Assembly: GCF_036365525.1 (NCBI RefSeq)
Contig: NC_090411.1
Coordinates: 31,822,432 to 31,886,431 of the forward strand
Source of the DNA: Heterodontus francisci
Lineage: Eukaryota
DNA: 64,000 bases
Reading direction: 5' to 3'
Below are positions 47,301-64,000 of the stretch, piece after piece (within the stretch, counting starts at the first letter, position 1; every line of letters begins with the position of its first letter). The notes beneath the pieces were generated by a model. The model ran no database searches. It was not told where the DNA came from and saw only the letters and a list, made by a program, of their open reading frames with translations. The translations under genes and the position numbers were made by a program.

Positions 47301-50300
47301 GCTGTTGCTGCCCTCCCCTGGGAGGCCATACCTTCTCTTCTCTTCCCCCCCCCCCCACCCCCCCAACATTATCCAAAGTGGCCATCCCTCTCCAACAGGG
47401 ACCACAAGGGACCCCTGCCTGCACCTACTACTCCTGGTGGTCATGATCCCTTTTCTACCTCTGCAGCCATTACCTGCAGTGTGACACATCACTAAACATG
47501 CTATCAACAATGTCCTCAGCATTGCGGGTGCTCAGTAAGTCCATCCACAGCTCCAGCTGTACAATGTGGTCAGCTAGTAGCTGCAGCTGGACACTTCCTG
47601 CACACATGGTCACCCAGGGACACTAGGAGTGTCCAATTTCCCACATGGCACAGGAGGAACATGCCACAGGGCTGAGCTCTCCTGCCATGACTTAGCCTTC
47701 GATTAAGCTCCTTAGTTACACTCTTTAATTGCAATAAGGACCTTATTTTACTCCAAACACTACCTACTACAATCAAAATTCCTTACCTTTTTACTTCAGC
47801 TACTGAGTAGTTTTTTTTTTTTTAAAAGGTAGAAATACCCACCTGTTCCTACTTGCCAATCAGCTGCCTCCCCTTGCAACACATCACTTTCTGAACTGTG
47901 ACGTCAGCCGTGGAACTCTCTTGCTGTTTGAGAGTACACCTCTTCAGCTGCTGGAACTCCTGCTTGTTGCCTGTCTCCTTGCAGGACCACCTTTGGTCTC
48001 ATGGTAGGGAAACTATTGGAAAAAAATTGAGGGGCAGGATTAATCTCCACTTGGAGAGGCAGGGATTAATCACAGATAGTCAGCATAGCTGTTGGCAGGT
48101 TTGGGGGGGTGGGGGGTGCGTGTTGGTGGGGAAGAGAGAATGTCTGACAAAATTTGATTTTTTTCAGTGACTAGATGTGTAGATGAAGATAAAGCAGTTG
48201 ATGTAGCCTACATGGACTTCAGTAAAGCTTTGATAAGGTCCTGCATGGCAGATTGGTTAAGAAGGGAAGAGCCCATGGGATCCAGGGCAATTTGGCAAAT
48301 TGGATCCAAAATTGGCTACCTCTCTGAAGGTAGAGGGTAATGGTCAAGGGTTGTTTTTGCAATTGGAAGCCTGTAACCAGTGGTGTACCTCAGGGACTGG
48401 TGCTGTAACCCTTGCTGTTTGTAGTGTACATTAATGATTTAGACTTGAATATAAAGCATAAGTTTGCAGATGTGAAAATTGGTGTTGCAAATAGTGGAGG
48501 AAAGCCTTGGATTACAGGACAATATAGATGGGCATGTAAAATGGGGCAGAGCAGTGGCAAATGGCATTCTTCCTGAAGTGATGCATTTTGGGAGGTCTAA
48601 CAAGGCAAGGAATATACAATGGATGGTACTACCCTAGGAAGTAGAGGGACCTTGATCTACTTGTCAATAAATCATTGAAGGCAGCAGCATGGGTAGATGA
48701 GCTAGTTAGGAAGGTATATGGGATACTTTGCTTTATTAGCCAAGGCATAGAATATAAGAGCAGGGAGGTTATGATGGAGCTGTATAAACTGCTGGTTCGG
48801 CCACAGTTGGAGTACTGTGTACAGTTCTGGAGACCATACTAGGAAGGATGTGATTGCACTGGAGAAGATGCAGAGGACTTTTTTTTTTTTTTAGAATTCT
48901 AATTAGAACATTACAGCGCAGTACAGGCCCTTCAGCCCTTGATGTTGCGCCAACCTGTGAAACCATCTGACCTACACTATTCCATTTTCATCCATATGTC
49001 TATCCAATGACCACTTAAATGCCCTTAATGTTGGCGAGTCTACTACTGTTGCAGGCAGGGCGTTCCACGCCCCTACTACTGAGTAAAGAAACTACCTCTG
49101 ACATCTGTCCTATATCTATCACCCCTCAACTTAAAGCTATGTCCCCTCGTGTTTGCCATCACCATCCGAGGAAAAAGACTCTCACTATCCACCCTATCTA
49201 ACCCTCTGATTATCTTATGTCTCTATTAAGTCACCTCTCCTCCTCCTTCTCTCCAACGAAAACAACCTCAAGTCCCTCAGCCTTTCCTCGTAAGACCTTC
49301 CCTCCATACCAGGCAACATCCTAGTAAATCTCCTCTGCACCCTTTCCAAAGCTTCCACATCCTTCCTATAATGCGGTGACCAGAACTGCTCGCAATACTC
49401 CAGGTGCAGTCTCACCAGAGTTTTGTACAGCTGCAGCATGACCTCGTGGCTCCGAAACTCGATCCCCCTACTAATAAAAGCTAACACACCATATGCCTTC
49501 TTAACAGCCCTATTAACCTGGGTAGCAACTTTCAGGGATTTATGTACCTGGACACCAAGATCTCTCTGTTCATCAAAACTACCAAGAATCTTCCCATTAG
49601 CCCAGTACTCTGCATTCCTGTTACTCCTTCCAAAGTGAATCACCTCACACTTTTCACACATTAACCAGGATGTTGCCTGGGCTGGAGCATTTCTGCTATG
49701 AAGAGACTGGATAGGCTAGGGTTGTTTTCCTTCGAGCAGAGAAAGTTGGGGGCAGTTGGGGAGAAAGACTTGATTGAGGTATGCAAAATTGAGGGGCATA
49801 GATAGGAAAACTTGTTCCCTTAAGCAGAAGTGTCAATAACCAGGGTGCATAAATTTAACAAAGGGGCAGGAGGTTTAGAGGGGATAGAGAAATTTTCATC
49901 CAGAGGTTGGAATCTGGAACACTGCCTGAAGGGGTGGTTGAGGCAGGAACACTCAACGTTGAAGTATTTAGATGAGCACTTAACACCATGTCATACAAGA
50001 CTACAGGCCAAGTGCTGGAAAATGGGATTAGAATAGATGGTGCTTGTTGGCTGGCATAAACACAAGGGGCCAAAGGGCCTGTTTCTGTGCTGTACAACTC
50101 TGACTCAAGATATTTCTTTATCTGCTACATAACTAGTTTCCCTTTTTCAGCTTTGTGACTTCCTGGAGACTCACTACTTGGATGAGCAAGTGAAGATGAT
50201 CAAGAAGCTTGGAGATCACATCACCAACCTGAAGAGACTGGGAGCCCCTGACAATGGCATGGGAGAGTACCTGTTTGACCAGCACACACTGGGGGAGAGT

Positions 50301-50306
50301 GACTGA
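41342..50306 (+). CDS. Ferritin H/M-type subunit copy 6 (176 aa, intact, 7-kb intron 3)
   Basis: Exons 41342-41443, 42444-42590, 42995-43120, 50151-50306; no other exon 4 lies between 43120 and 50151; all ferroxidase ligands present. Confidence 0.88.
44398..46615 (+). mobile_element. CR1/L2-group LINE of a second family (RT plus 3' end with A tail)
   Basis: ORFs 45065-45559 and 45466-45942 ([39 protein letters not shown]); tail GATGGGCAATAAATGCTGGCC followed by an A run. Confidence 0.88.
44541..44898 (+). mobile_element. Full-length V-SINE/HE1-like SINE nested in a LINE
   Basis: A box TGGTGCAGTGG, B box GGTTCGATTCC, V-domain-like core, CR1-like tail, A tail; ATAAGG duplicated at both ends. 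Confidence 0.85.
48880..49660 (-). mobile_element. Young 5'-truncated CR1 inserted antisense into the host CR1
   Basis: ORF 49215-49661 ([38 protein letters not shown]); 3' end with T-run at ~48879-48892. Confidence 0.88.
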
Positions 50307-53300
50307 ACTGACTGCAGGGATCAAAGCTGTTTTGTACTGAGATTGTGTGCAAGACACTCCTTCCCTTTCTGGTCATTGTAAGGAATGATGGCTAATGACT
50401 TGGAGACGTCATCTCATGATGTGTAATGTTAACTGTAAATAAACTGCTCAATATTGGACTGAGTTTTGCCTCCGTGTTTGGTTTTTTTTCAGCCAACATT
50501 TTTGCATTGGCCAAAAATTACACTAGGCTGTGTAACAGCTTTATTATGGGGTTCAGTCCTCTGAAATTGAATCACATTCAATTTGTGATTCTTTGCTTTT
50601 TGTTCAGGATCCCATTGAAGGGTTAACTTGAATTGTGTGATTAGTAATTTTAATGACTATTGTAATTTAGATGAGATGTAATACAATAATGGTTTATTTA
50701 ATACCTTTAGCATTGTATGATGTTTCACAGACAATAGTGACACCCTCTGAGAAGGCTGATGTCACAGCTTAGCCATAGAGGTGTTGGGGATTGTTTTAAA
50801 GGGAAGAGACCTTTCGGGAGGGAACTCCAGAGCTTGGGGCCTAGGCTGATTAAAACCAAGTGAATGTCACCACTGGTGCATGCTCCTGCTCTTGTGCTGC
50901 TGCAGCTGTTTGCTAAAATATGAAGGTTGTTTTCCAGTGACTTAATATTCCACCATTTCAGTCTTGATCAATCCTATTTAAGGATAGTATCTAGAAAGCT
51001 TCTACCAATCCCAGTCAGAATTCTTAATGTAAAATACACCTAGCGTAGCTCTCCTTTCCAAATTTATAATTCGACTTCCCGGTAAGCTCTGGGCAAAAAA
51101 GGTCATTTGGCGCTTAATGATTTCCCATAAAGTACAAAAGGGAATTACAACTGCATGACTAGGAAATCAATTGAAAATGCCAGAATTGTTACTGGCCTTG
51201 CCCCCTTTGGTAGGGGGCTGTGAAGAGGAAAAAAAATATGGATTTGTTTTTGGGAGATGACTGAGTTTTTAGTTTAGAAAGTCTTGCACATTCTGGAATA
51301 ATCCAGGAAACTGGGTATGGTAGTAAAGGCAGAGGAATATCTGGTGCTCTACTCCAATCCACGCCTTCTGGAAGGAATGAATATATTTCATTTAACTGCA
51401 TGAAGCAAATTTAACAGTGAGCTATTTCTCTGCTCAATATTTTCTTGTCCTTCAATTTATAAACTTAATGCTTGCAACTGCTCTATATAAATTTGTGTTT
51501 AGTCCCATTGCACATTCCACACCAAATAAAAATTATCCATTCCAAATCCTAATGGATCTCCATTTATTTCCTTCAGCCCATGGATGGATTCAAATGTTCA
51601 TGCTGTAACTGTAATTAGCCCAGATTTAACTTTATCTTCACTGCAGTTCTTAACTATGTTCCTAATGAAATTCCAGTCTTCAGTCATTCCATGTCAAAGT
51701 CTTTCCATTTCTTAAAGAAGCTTCCAGTAACCTTATTTGATCTTTGCCAGTGTGAAAATTCACAAGTAGCAAAGGATGTTTCTCATCACCTTGACCTTTT
51801 TCTACTGATCAACATTCCCAGTCCCTACAGGTAGTGACACTGAATTCAAAGATGTCCTGTGGAAAGGATCAATCAATAGTTCCCTCAGAACCAGAAGCAC
51901 AGGTCTTAATCAAAATCTCTGTTATCCACTGGGGTGGCCACGTGATGTCCGTTAGTTTGGTCAAAACCCATTGTGACCATAGGACATTCACTGCATCTCG
52001 GATCCTTTTTGACCAGAACAGGTGTAAACACCTCGAAACTTTTTATGTTCAGGTGGGTCAACTGTGCCCATTGGTGGCATCTCTCCTGAGAGACTTGTGC
52101 TTGTAGTGTGATTGTTGGCTTTGGATGTGAATCACTGCCACCCTGTCTGGCCCATCTAAAACAGATTTAATCCAAGGAAACACATCTCATCAGCTAATCC
52201 AGGACTGAACCACTTCTGCAATGAAACCAGATGTCAACGCTTTGGATTGCAAAGGAACACCATGAGGCAAAAGAACCAGAAGGAGAGATGAGAATTATTT
52301 TTACACAGATCATGCAAATAGTAAACTTGGTCAGATTATAAAAAGCTGCTTTAGCAAAAATAGCAAATTATCATTTAATTTGAAATTGAGATGCTAGAAC
52401 ATTAAACCACGAAACACTTTCAGATTTGAGGAATGTCAAGGAACATTTAGGAAGGTGTGATGGAATATAGGTATAATAGACTTAATGAGGTAGAATTTAG
52501 ATATAGTTAATATATTACGCCTTTTAGAATTAAAGATTGCATAAATTGTCAGTTTTCAAGACGTACTGACATACCCCTTTAAGAAGGTAGAGTTAGAAAT
52601 TTCAAGGTCTTTCAAGGTCCCTGTCGCAATAGAATGTGCACCAGAAACAACGTTTAATTTGGGAAATCCATTTCAGTGTCACTGTTGCCAAGGACTTGGA
52701 GGATAAACACACATTGAAATATTGTGTGTGACATCAGTAAGAGGTAGCAATAGACTTAATTGAAAGTCTTGGTTGGTGATGTAGACAGATCGGCTCAAAA
52801 GGTTGTTACAAGGTACCATAAAAAACACAATTATAGATAATAAAACAATAAATGGAATAGTACTTACAGGAACAAGAGGTCAAGTAAACACTATTATAAA
52901 TATTTTGACCAGATAAATGCTCACAACTTTAAGAGCAGGGGAATTCCAGCAAAACATTAAGTGGAGATGTTAGTTACTGATACAATCAAATATGGATTTC
53001 AAAAGCAAGAAAAACATACAGAAAAGTAACACCAAAATGCTAAAAGATCAGATGATACCTTGGAAACAGTATAAACTGGAGAGTTTCTGAAGCAAAAATT
53101 AGAAGTGTTGAATCCTCATCAATACTTCTCACCCCATGGCTTACTGGGGGAATTTAAGGTAAAAGTTGGCTTTAAATTTTGATGGATATTCTAAGATATT
53201 TTGCTGTAACGTTAGCAAAGTTAATCTTCTGGATTCTATGTTAGAAATAAGATTATGTGTTACATCTCTTAGTAATATTTGATATTTTGATATACTTATC

Positions 53301-54469
53301 CACTTGAAAGTGTATTGCATGGTAAATTCTTTAATAAATATTTAAAAGTTAATAAATCGTCTCATGTAGCATTCTGTATACAACTACAAGAACCCCCTCT
53401 CTGTGTCTCTTTCAGTGGAGAGATATGTATTGAAGAGGGTTTCCCAGACCCTTATAATATTTGGGATATTTATGACTTAGCCATAACTATTAAAAAATAG
53501 GCTATCTGAAAGATGGTAATATTCTCTGTTAGTTTTCTTTCTTTGAGGGAAAACTAGTTCAATTCTTTGGACCTAAATAAGTGTCTGTAGAAATTTGTCT
53601 AGTTTGAACTTAAAGGAGATTCATAGGGATGTATGCCCGATTTGGTTTAGTCCCTATAAGGGGTTAAAGTCTTAAATCACTTCAAAGGGTGCAGAGGAGG
53701 TTTACCAGAAATTTACCAGGGATGAGGGACTTCAGCTATGAGGAGAAGTTGCAAAAGTTAAGACTGTTCTCCACAGAACAGAGAAGGTTAAGAGGTGACT
53801 GAATGGGGGTCTTCAAAGTGATGACAGGGTTTGACAGAACAGATAGTGAACTATCATTCTCTCTGGCAAATGGACCAATAACCAGAGGTCATAGATTCAA
53901 AATCATTGGCAAAGAATCTGGAGAGGAGATGAGAAATTTTTCATTGAGAAAGTTCTCGGGATCTGTGATGCTCGACCTGAAAGGTGCTGGAAGCCGTTTC
54001 CATAAATAAGTGTAATGGGAGTTGGACAGGTGCCTGAGGATCAGAAATGTAATGGGGTATGGACAAAAAGCAGGGATGTGGCATTACGCATAACTGCGCC
54101 TTCGAAAAACCAGCACAGTCACAAAGGGTCAAATGGCCTCTTTCTGTGCTTTAAGTTTCCATGACTCTGTAATCTAAAAGCAGTGACATCATCACGACTA
54201 AGCTCCCAAATCTGCCTGCACTTCAAAGCTCTGATTGGCTCTGGGTCTCACCCCCTCCCTAATAGCCCTTCCCCTTTGTTAATTGGTGCCTGGATTCATG
54301 GGAAATTCCTGACTGGCTATCAGGGATGTCAATCATCGTTGGTGATGTCATTCCCTGTTTGAAATCAGGCTGTCCCAGTGGTATAAATACAGGAGATTGT
54401 AGCAGAAAGGGTCATTGCTGGAATTTACTGGGTGATATTGAGTAGTAATAGTATATAGTAATAACTAAG

Positions 54470-56413
<1,944 letters not shown>

Positions 56414-58109
56414 ATGAACTGACTGCAGGGTTCAAGCTTGCTGTGTTTAGTGCTCATGTTTTCTACAATTGTGAATATAAGTGTTTGTGGAATTGAGACC
56501 TGGTGTCCTCGTGTGTAGTGCAATGTTAACTGTAAATAAACTGCTCAATATTGGACTGGGTTTTGCCTCCATTGATTTTGTATTTTGCAGATTAACATAG
56601 TTTACATTGGATAAGAATTGAACTACTGGTTAAGCAGCATCTCATCAGGCTGATCTGATAAATAGATCTGGAATGTCTGACCTGAGTATCGCTGGCTTTT
56701 CAGTATCCAGTGGTTTTTCTTTCAAATTACACCTGGCCTATGCAATAGCTTTTATTACCAGTCAACCCTATGACTTTCATTTATTCCCTTCCCAATTATG
56801 ATTAATGCTTGATTGTCATGATCAGGGTCACATGTTGCAGGTCTTTGCTCAATTGTGTACTGAGTTGTAATTAGTAACTGCAATGACTACTGCAGCCATA
56901 TGTAAGAAATTCTAATACTATAATGTGTTTATATAGCACCCTTTTTTTTTTAATGTTAGTAATGCTCCCCTGGAGCACTCTTCAAACAGAAGTGACACTC
57001 CTCCACATTAAGGAGACAAGGCAGGTGACCAAGCTCTTAGCTAAAGAGATGGGTGAGAGTTGTTCTAGAATGCAATAACATTTTGGGGAGGGAACTCCAG
57101 AGCTTGGAGCATATCAATGCTACCAGTGGTGATCAGTCACTATGCTTTAATGACATCTGGCCTTCAATCCATGAAATAGCAGCTACTCCAACTGTTGGCT
57201 TCATCTACAAATGATGCTTTGTGATGTAATGTCCCACTATTTCCATCCCATGATCAATACTATTTAAGATTGATATTGGCCTTGCTTCAGAATCTACCAA
57301 TCCTACTGAGTTTGTTTTTCACTGTGGGAGAGCTAGGGTGGCTCTTAACAAAATTTTTAATTTCAGATTTCCTAATGAGCTTTGTGGGCAAAAAGGCCAT
57401 TCAGCATTTGTGGTGTTGGTTTCACTGAACTCCAATAGTGAACAGAATTACAGTTGCATGATGTGGAAAATCAATCTGAAATACCTTAATTGCACTGGAC
57501 TATTAGGAGTTGGGGGAGGGGTGGAGAAAGTATGGATTCCTTATTGGGAAAGGATTGAACTTTGGTTCTGAAAGTCCTGCACTTGTTTCCTCTACTGAAC
57601 AATCTATTTAGGCACTCACTTCAGATTTTTTTTTTTAAAGGAGTTTGTAATTGAGGCCAGAGGGATAGGTGTGGAGCTCGCTTAAATTCAATCCTTCCAG
57701 AAGCATCACATTGGATTTCAGTAAATGCACAAAGCAAAGGTAGTAAAGAGCTAAATAGCTATTTTCTCCTGTCAATTTATAAAGTCACTAATATATCAAT
57801 TAGTATTTAGACACATTGTACATTACATACCAAATAAGAATCATCCTTTCTGAATCCTACTGGATCGCCAATTGTCTCCTTCATCCCTTATAGATAGAAT
57901 CAAATGATGTTGCAACTGTAATTTCCTAAAGTTTACAAGTTAACTTTAGGAACTTAATTGAGAATTGCACTAAGTGCAATGAAATTGTAGTCTTCAGACA
58001 TTCAAAGAAGTTTCCTGTTACTTTATTTGGCCATTACTATTTATGAAAATTCACATGCCAAAGGATACTTCTTGTCACCTTAAGCATTTTATAATCAACA
58101 TTTCTACTT

Positions 58110-59385
58110 CCTACAGCTACTGTGATAATTCAAAGTGGTCCTGTGGAAAGGATCAATCGATAGTTTCCTCAAAACCAGTAACCACAGGCCTTAATCAAAG
58201 TCTCGGGTGGCCATTGAGTGACCACGTGCTGTCCATCGGTTTTTAGTCAAAACCCTTTGCGACTGCAGGACATTCACTGCATCTCGGATCCTTTTTGACC
58301 AGAACAGGTGTAAATACCCGGATACATTTTCTGTTCAGGTGGGTCAACTGTGCCCATTGGTGGCATCTGTCTTGAGAAAGTTGTACCTGTAGTGTGATTG
58401 GTTGCTCCAGATATGAATCACTGCCACCCTGTCTGGCCCATCTAAAAAGAGATTTAATCCAAGGCAACACATCTCATCACCTAATCCAGGACTGAACCAC
58501 TTCTGCAATGAAACCAGATGTCACAGCTTTAGATGGCAGAGGAACACCATGAGGCAAAAGAACCAGTAGGGGAGATGAGGAGAATTATTTTTACACAGGT
58601 CCTTACAAGTAGTAAACTTGGTCAGATTATAAAAAGCTACTTTAGCAAAAGTAGCAAATTATCATTTAATTTAAAATACTCATGGAAGAAAATGAAATTT
58701 CTTTTTTAAAAAAACACTGTCCACAGTCAGGTGAGAGGTGAAAAGTGGAAATCACCCACACAACACCCTCTCTCTCAACACCCACCACCACCCTCCCACA
58801 CCCCTGCCCCCACGTTCTGTAACAACACTGAATTCAAAGAGGTTCTGTGGAAAGGATACATCAATAGTTCCCTCAGAACCAATAACACAGGCTTTGATCA
58901 AAATTTTTGCTATCCACCTGGGTGGCCATTGAATGACCATGTGATGTCCATCAGTTTGTTCAAAACCCTTTGCGACCACAGGACATTCACTGCATCTTTG
59001 ATCCTTTTTGACGAGAACAGGTGTAAATACCCGGATACATTTTCAGTTCAGGTGGGTCAACTGTGTCCATTGATGGCATCTCTCCTGAGAGGCTCGTGCC
59101 TTTAGCTTGACTGGTGGCTCCAGATGTGAATCGCTGCCACCCGATTTGGTCCATCTAAAAAGAGATTTAATCCAAGACAACACATCTCATCACCTAATCC
59201 AGGACTGAACCACTTCTGCAATGAAACCAGATGTCACAGCTTTAGATGGCAGAGGAACACCATGAGGCAAAAGAACCAGTAGGGGAGATGAGGAGAATTA
59301 TTTTTACACAGATCCTTACAAGTAGTAAACTTGGTCAGATTATAAAAAGCTACTTTAGCAAAAGTAGCAAATTATCATTTAATTT
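58110..59385. repeat. Local tandem duplication of the spacer element and its downstream flank
   Basis: ~58110-58670 and ~58825-59385 are aligned repeats with near-identical 3' halves. Confidence 0.85.
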
Positions 59386-59914
59386 GAAGTTGTGATGCTG
59401 GAATGTTAAACCACGAGGTACTGTCAGATGTATAGAAAGACAAGGAATCTTCAGGAAGGGTGCAAAGGAGGTTGACCAGAGATTTACCAGGGATGAGGGA
59501 CTTCAGCTATGAGGAGAAGCTGCAAAAGTTAAGACTGTTCTCCATGGAACAGAGAAGGTTAAGAGGTGACTGAACAGAGATCTTCAAAGTGATGAGAGGG
59601 TTTGATAGAACAGATAGAGAACAAAAGCAGTGACATCATCGAGACTAAGTTTCCAAATCTGCCTGTACTTCAAAGCTCTGATTGCCTCTGGGTCTCTGCC
59701 CCTCCCTAATAGCCCCTCCCCTTTGTTAATTGGTACCTGGATTCATGGGAGATTCCTGACTGGCTATCAGGGATGTCAATCATCGTTGGTGATGTCATTC
59801 CCTGTTTGAAATCAGGCTGTGCCAGTGGTATAAAACAAGAGATTGTGTTAGAAAAGGTAAGTGTAAGTTGTAGAGCCTTCTAGGTGGTAGTAATAGTATA
59901 TAGTAAAAGTGAAG

Positions 59915-62173
<2,259 letters not shown>

Positions 62174-63319
62174 GTCAGTCACTGCAGTCAGTTTATTGTG
62201 TTTGGTATTTCTGTTACTGTAATGGTGTAAGAAGATTCCCCTCTGTTCTTTAGAGAGTTGTCTTTGTACAATGAGTTGAGTCTCTTGTGGCAGTGTAATG
62301 TTAATTGTAAATAAACTGCTCAATATTGGACTGGATTTTTCCTCTTAATGGAATTGTTTAACTTATTAATTCAAAATGTGGTTTGCATCAGACTGGAATT
62401 CCACTGGGCTATAGAACAGCTTCATCATGAGGTTCAGCTGAGGGTTATCTAATAATCCCATCTGGTATAATGCTTGATTTTTAGGCATGTAATTTCCTTA
62501 TTACTTTCAACAATAATTGAACATTGTTAACTGCTTGCTCTTGCATCTTTTAACATTGTAAAACATTCCATAATGCTTAACAAGACTGTTAAACAAAATA
62601 TGACATTGAGATACAAGGAGAGAAGACAAGTGACCGAAAGCTTAGTCAAAGAAGTGTGTGTTTATTTTTAAAAGGAATGTTTGGAAGAGGTTTAAGGGGA
62701 GATCACGAGAAGCTTAAGTACCAAGAACTCTTCCCACTGGTGCTGAATATTCTCTATAAATTTCACTAATGCCTAAATACACAAATACTAACTGCACCTG
62801 GTTAAAATGGAAAAGGATGCTTTGGAATGAGTTAATGTTGTACTATTTCAGTCCCAGTCTCTGCCCTAGGAATGAGCAGTTCTGGTATTTAATAAGCTAC
62901 CAGTCTCAGTCTGAGTTCTGATGATGGGATACACCTGCTCTAGCTCACTCAAATTCATAACTGCTGCTTCAGTCTTCCTGCTATGGCTGTTGTATCCAAA
63001 GTCGGAGCTCCCTGAATTCCAAATATTGAGATGTATTACAATTATGTGACTTGGAAATTAACCCAAAATGCCATAATTTCACTCCTTTTCAGGAGGGAGG
63101 AAGTAAGGATTCTGGGGTAGAAAAGGGACTTGGTTCTGAAAATCTTACACCACCTCTCTATTGAATAAATCTATTTAGGCACTCCCCTTTTTTTTTTCCC
63201 CCTTCCAAGAAAGCTTGGATAAGCTGGTGCAGTTAGAGGAGAGTGTGTGGAAATGTTCCTCAATCTAATGCTGCTGGAAGCAGTGAACATATTTCATTAA
63301 ATACATGAAGCTCAAACCA

Positions 63320-63928
63320 CATGTTGGCATCCTTCCATCTATGAAAGATGATGGACATGAAGTGAACAAACCATTTAGTCATTTACAGCACAGAAGGAGC
63401 CCATTGAGTCCATATCAGCTCTCCACGGAGCTATGCTGTCAGTCCCAGTCCCTGGCTTGATCCCTATCATTGGGGTGTCTTCTCTTGGTGCACCTTTGCT
63501 GATGGCTATGAAGGGCAATCCTTGATTGGCACATTCTGCCACAAGTGCTGCACCTGAAGTTACCAAGTGATGCTAAGTTGTTTTTGGCATTGGCACCTGT
63601 GTCAATCTACTCTGGCCATTTGTTGGCATGGTAGTGCATGCCAGTCCACTGGATGTGTCACCATTTCCCTCTTGTGCCAGCTGGTGCCTCCCAGGTGTGA
63701 TATTCGACCTTTAGGGTCTTCATATCATGCTTACAAGCATCCTTGAAGTGGAGTTTTGGCTGCCCCACTGATCTGCCTCTGGCTATCTCACCAGACCTTG
63801 GGTATGTGACCATCTTCCATCCTGCAGACATGTCCGATCCACAGAAGCTGCTTCAGTTTGATCGGCGCCAACACAGTTGGGAGCTCTGCCTTTGAGAGGA
63901 CTGCCACATTTGTGATTTTGTCCTGCCA
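63320..63928 (-). mobile_element. RTE-like LINE 3' fragment (with a short CR1-tail piece) replacing most of the last spacer element
   Basis: Minus-strand WQDKITNVAVLSKAELP..LLWIGHVCRMEDGHIPK, the same motif as the RTE at 18621-21400. Confidence 0.7.
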
Positions 63929-64000
63929 TCGAAAACAGAGATTTAATCCAAGACAACACATCTCATCACCTAATCCAGGACTCAACCACTTTTGCAATGA

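Larger units (their letters stand above)
43830..47790 (-). mobile_element. Minus-strand CR1 (3' end at 43830, interrupted at ~44397-46620, plus 5'/ORF1-like piece to ~47790)
   Basis: ORF 44084-44284 ([21 protein letters not shown]); CTATGCCTCAGCT..(break)..AAGGCAAGTATCCCATATGCC continuity; ORF 47570-47776 with HVCRKC motif. Confidence 0.75.
43400..50100 (+). mobile_element. Host CR1 LINE (pieces ~43400-43828, ~48001-48878, ~49660-50100) of a nested retroelement stack
   Basis: YRPVSLTSV at ~43800 continues as VGKLLEK at ~48003; ..GATGCAGAGGA breaks at ~48878 and resumes ..ACCAGGATGTTGCCTGG at ~49665; CR1 tail at ~50090. Confidence 0.8.

Overview
Eukaryotic (vertebrate) genomic DNA, most likely cartilaginous fish/shark judging from HE1/V-SINE-type SINEs and CR1, RTE and Penelope retroelements. 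The window is a head-to-tail tandem array of eight 4-exon ferritin (H/M-type, 175-176 aa) gene copies, all on the + strand. Five have intact ORFs (copies 4-8), one is N-terminally truncated with a new in-frame ATG (copy 3), and two are frameshifted (copies 1 and 2). Two further 'ghost' units have lost the gene but kept both flanks. None of the copies has an iron-responsive element between the TATA box and the ATG; instead they share a promoter module with kappaB, ATF/CRE-like and CCAAT motifs. Exons are almost perfectly homogenised while introns and spacers are diverged and chimeric. One intact copy carries a ferroxidase-site Glu->Gln change. Each repeat unit also carries a ~370-bp minus-strand exon-shaped element resembling a decayed Ig C1-set domain and a conserved, potentially structured block in intron 1. 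All alignments were done by eye; no database searches were run.
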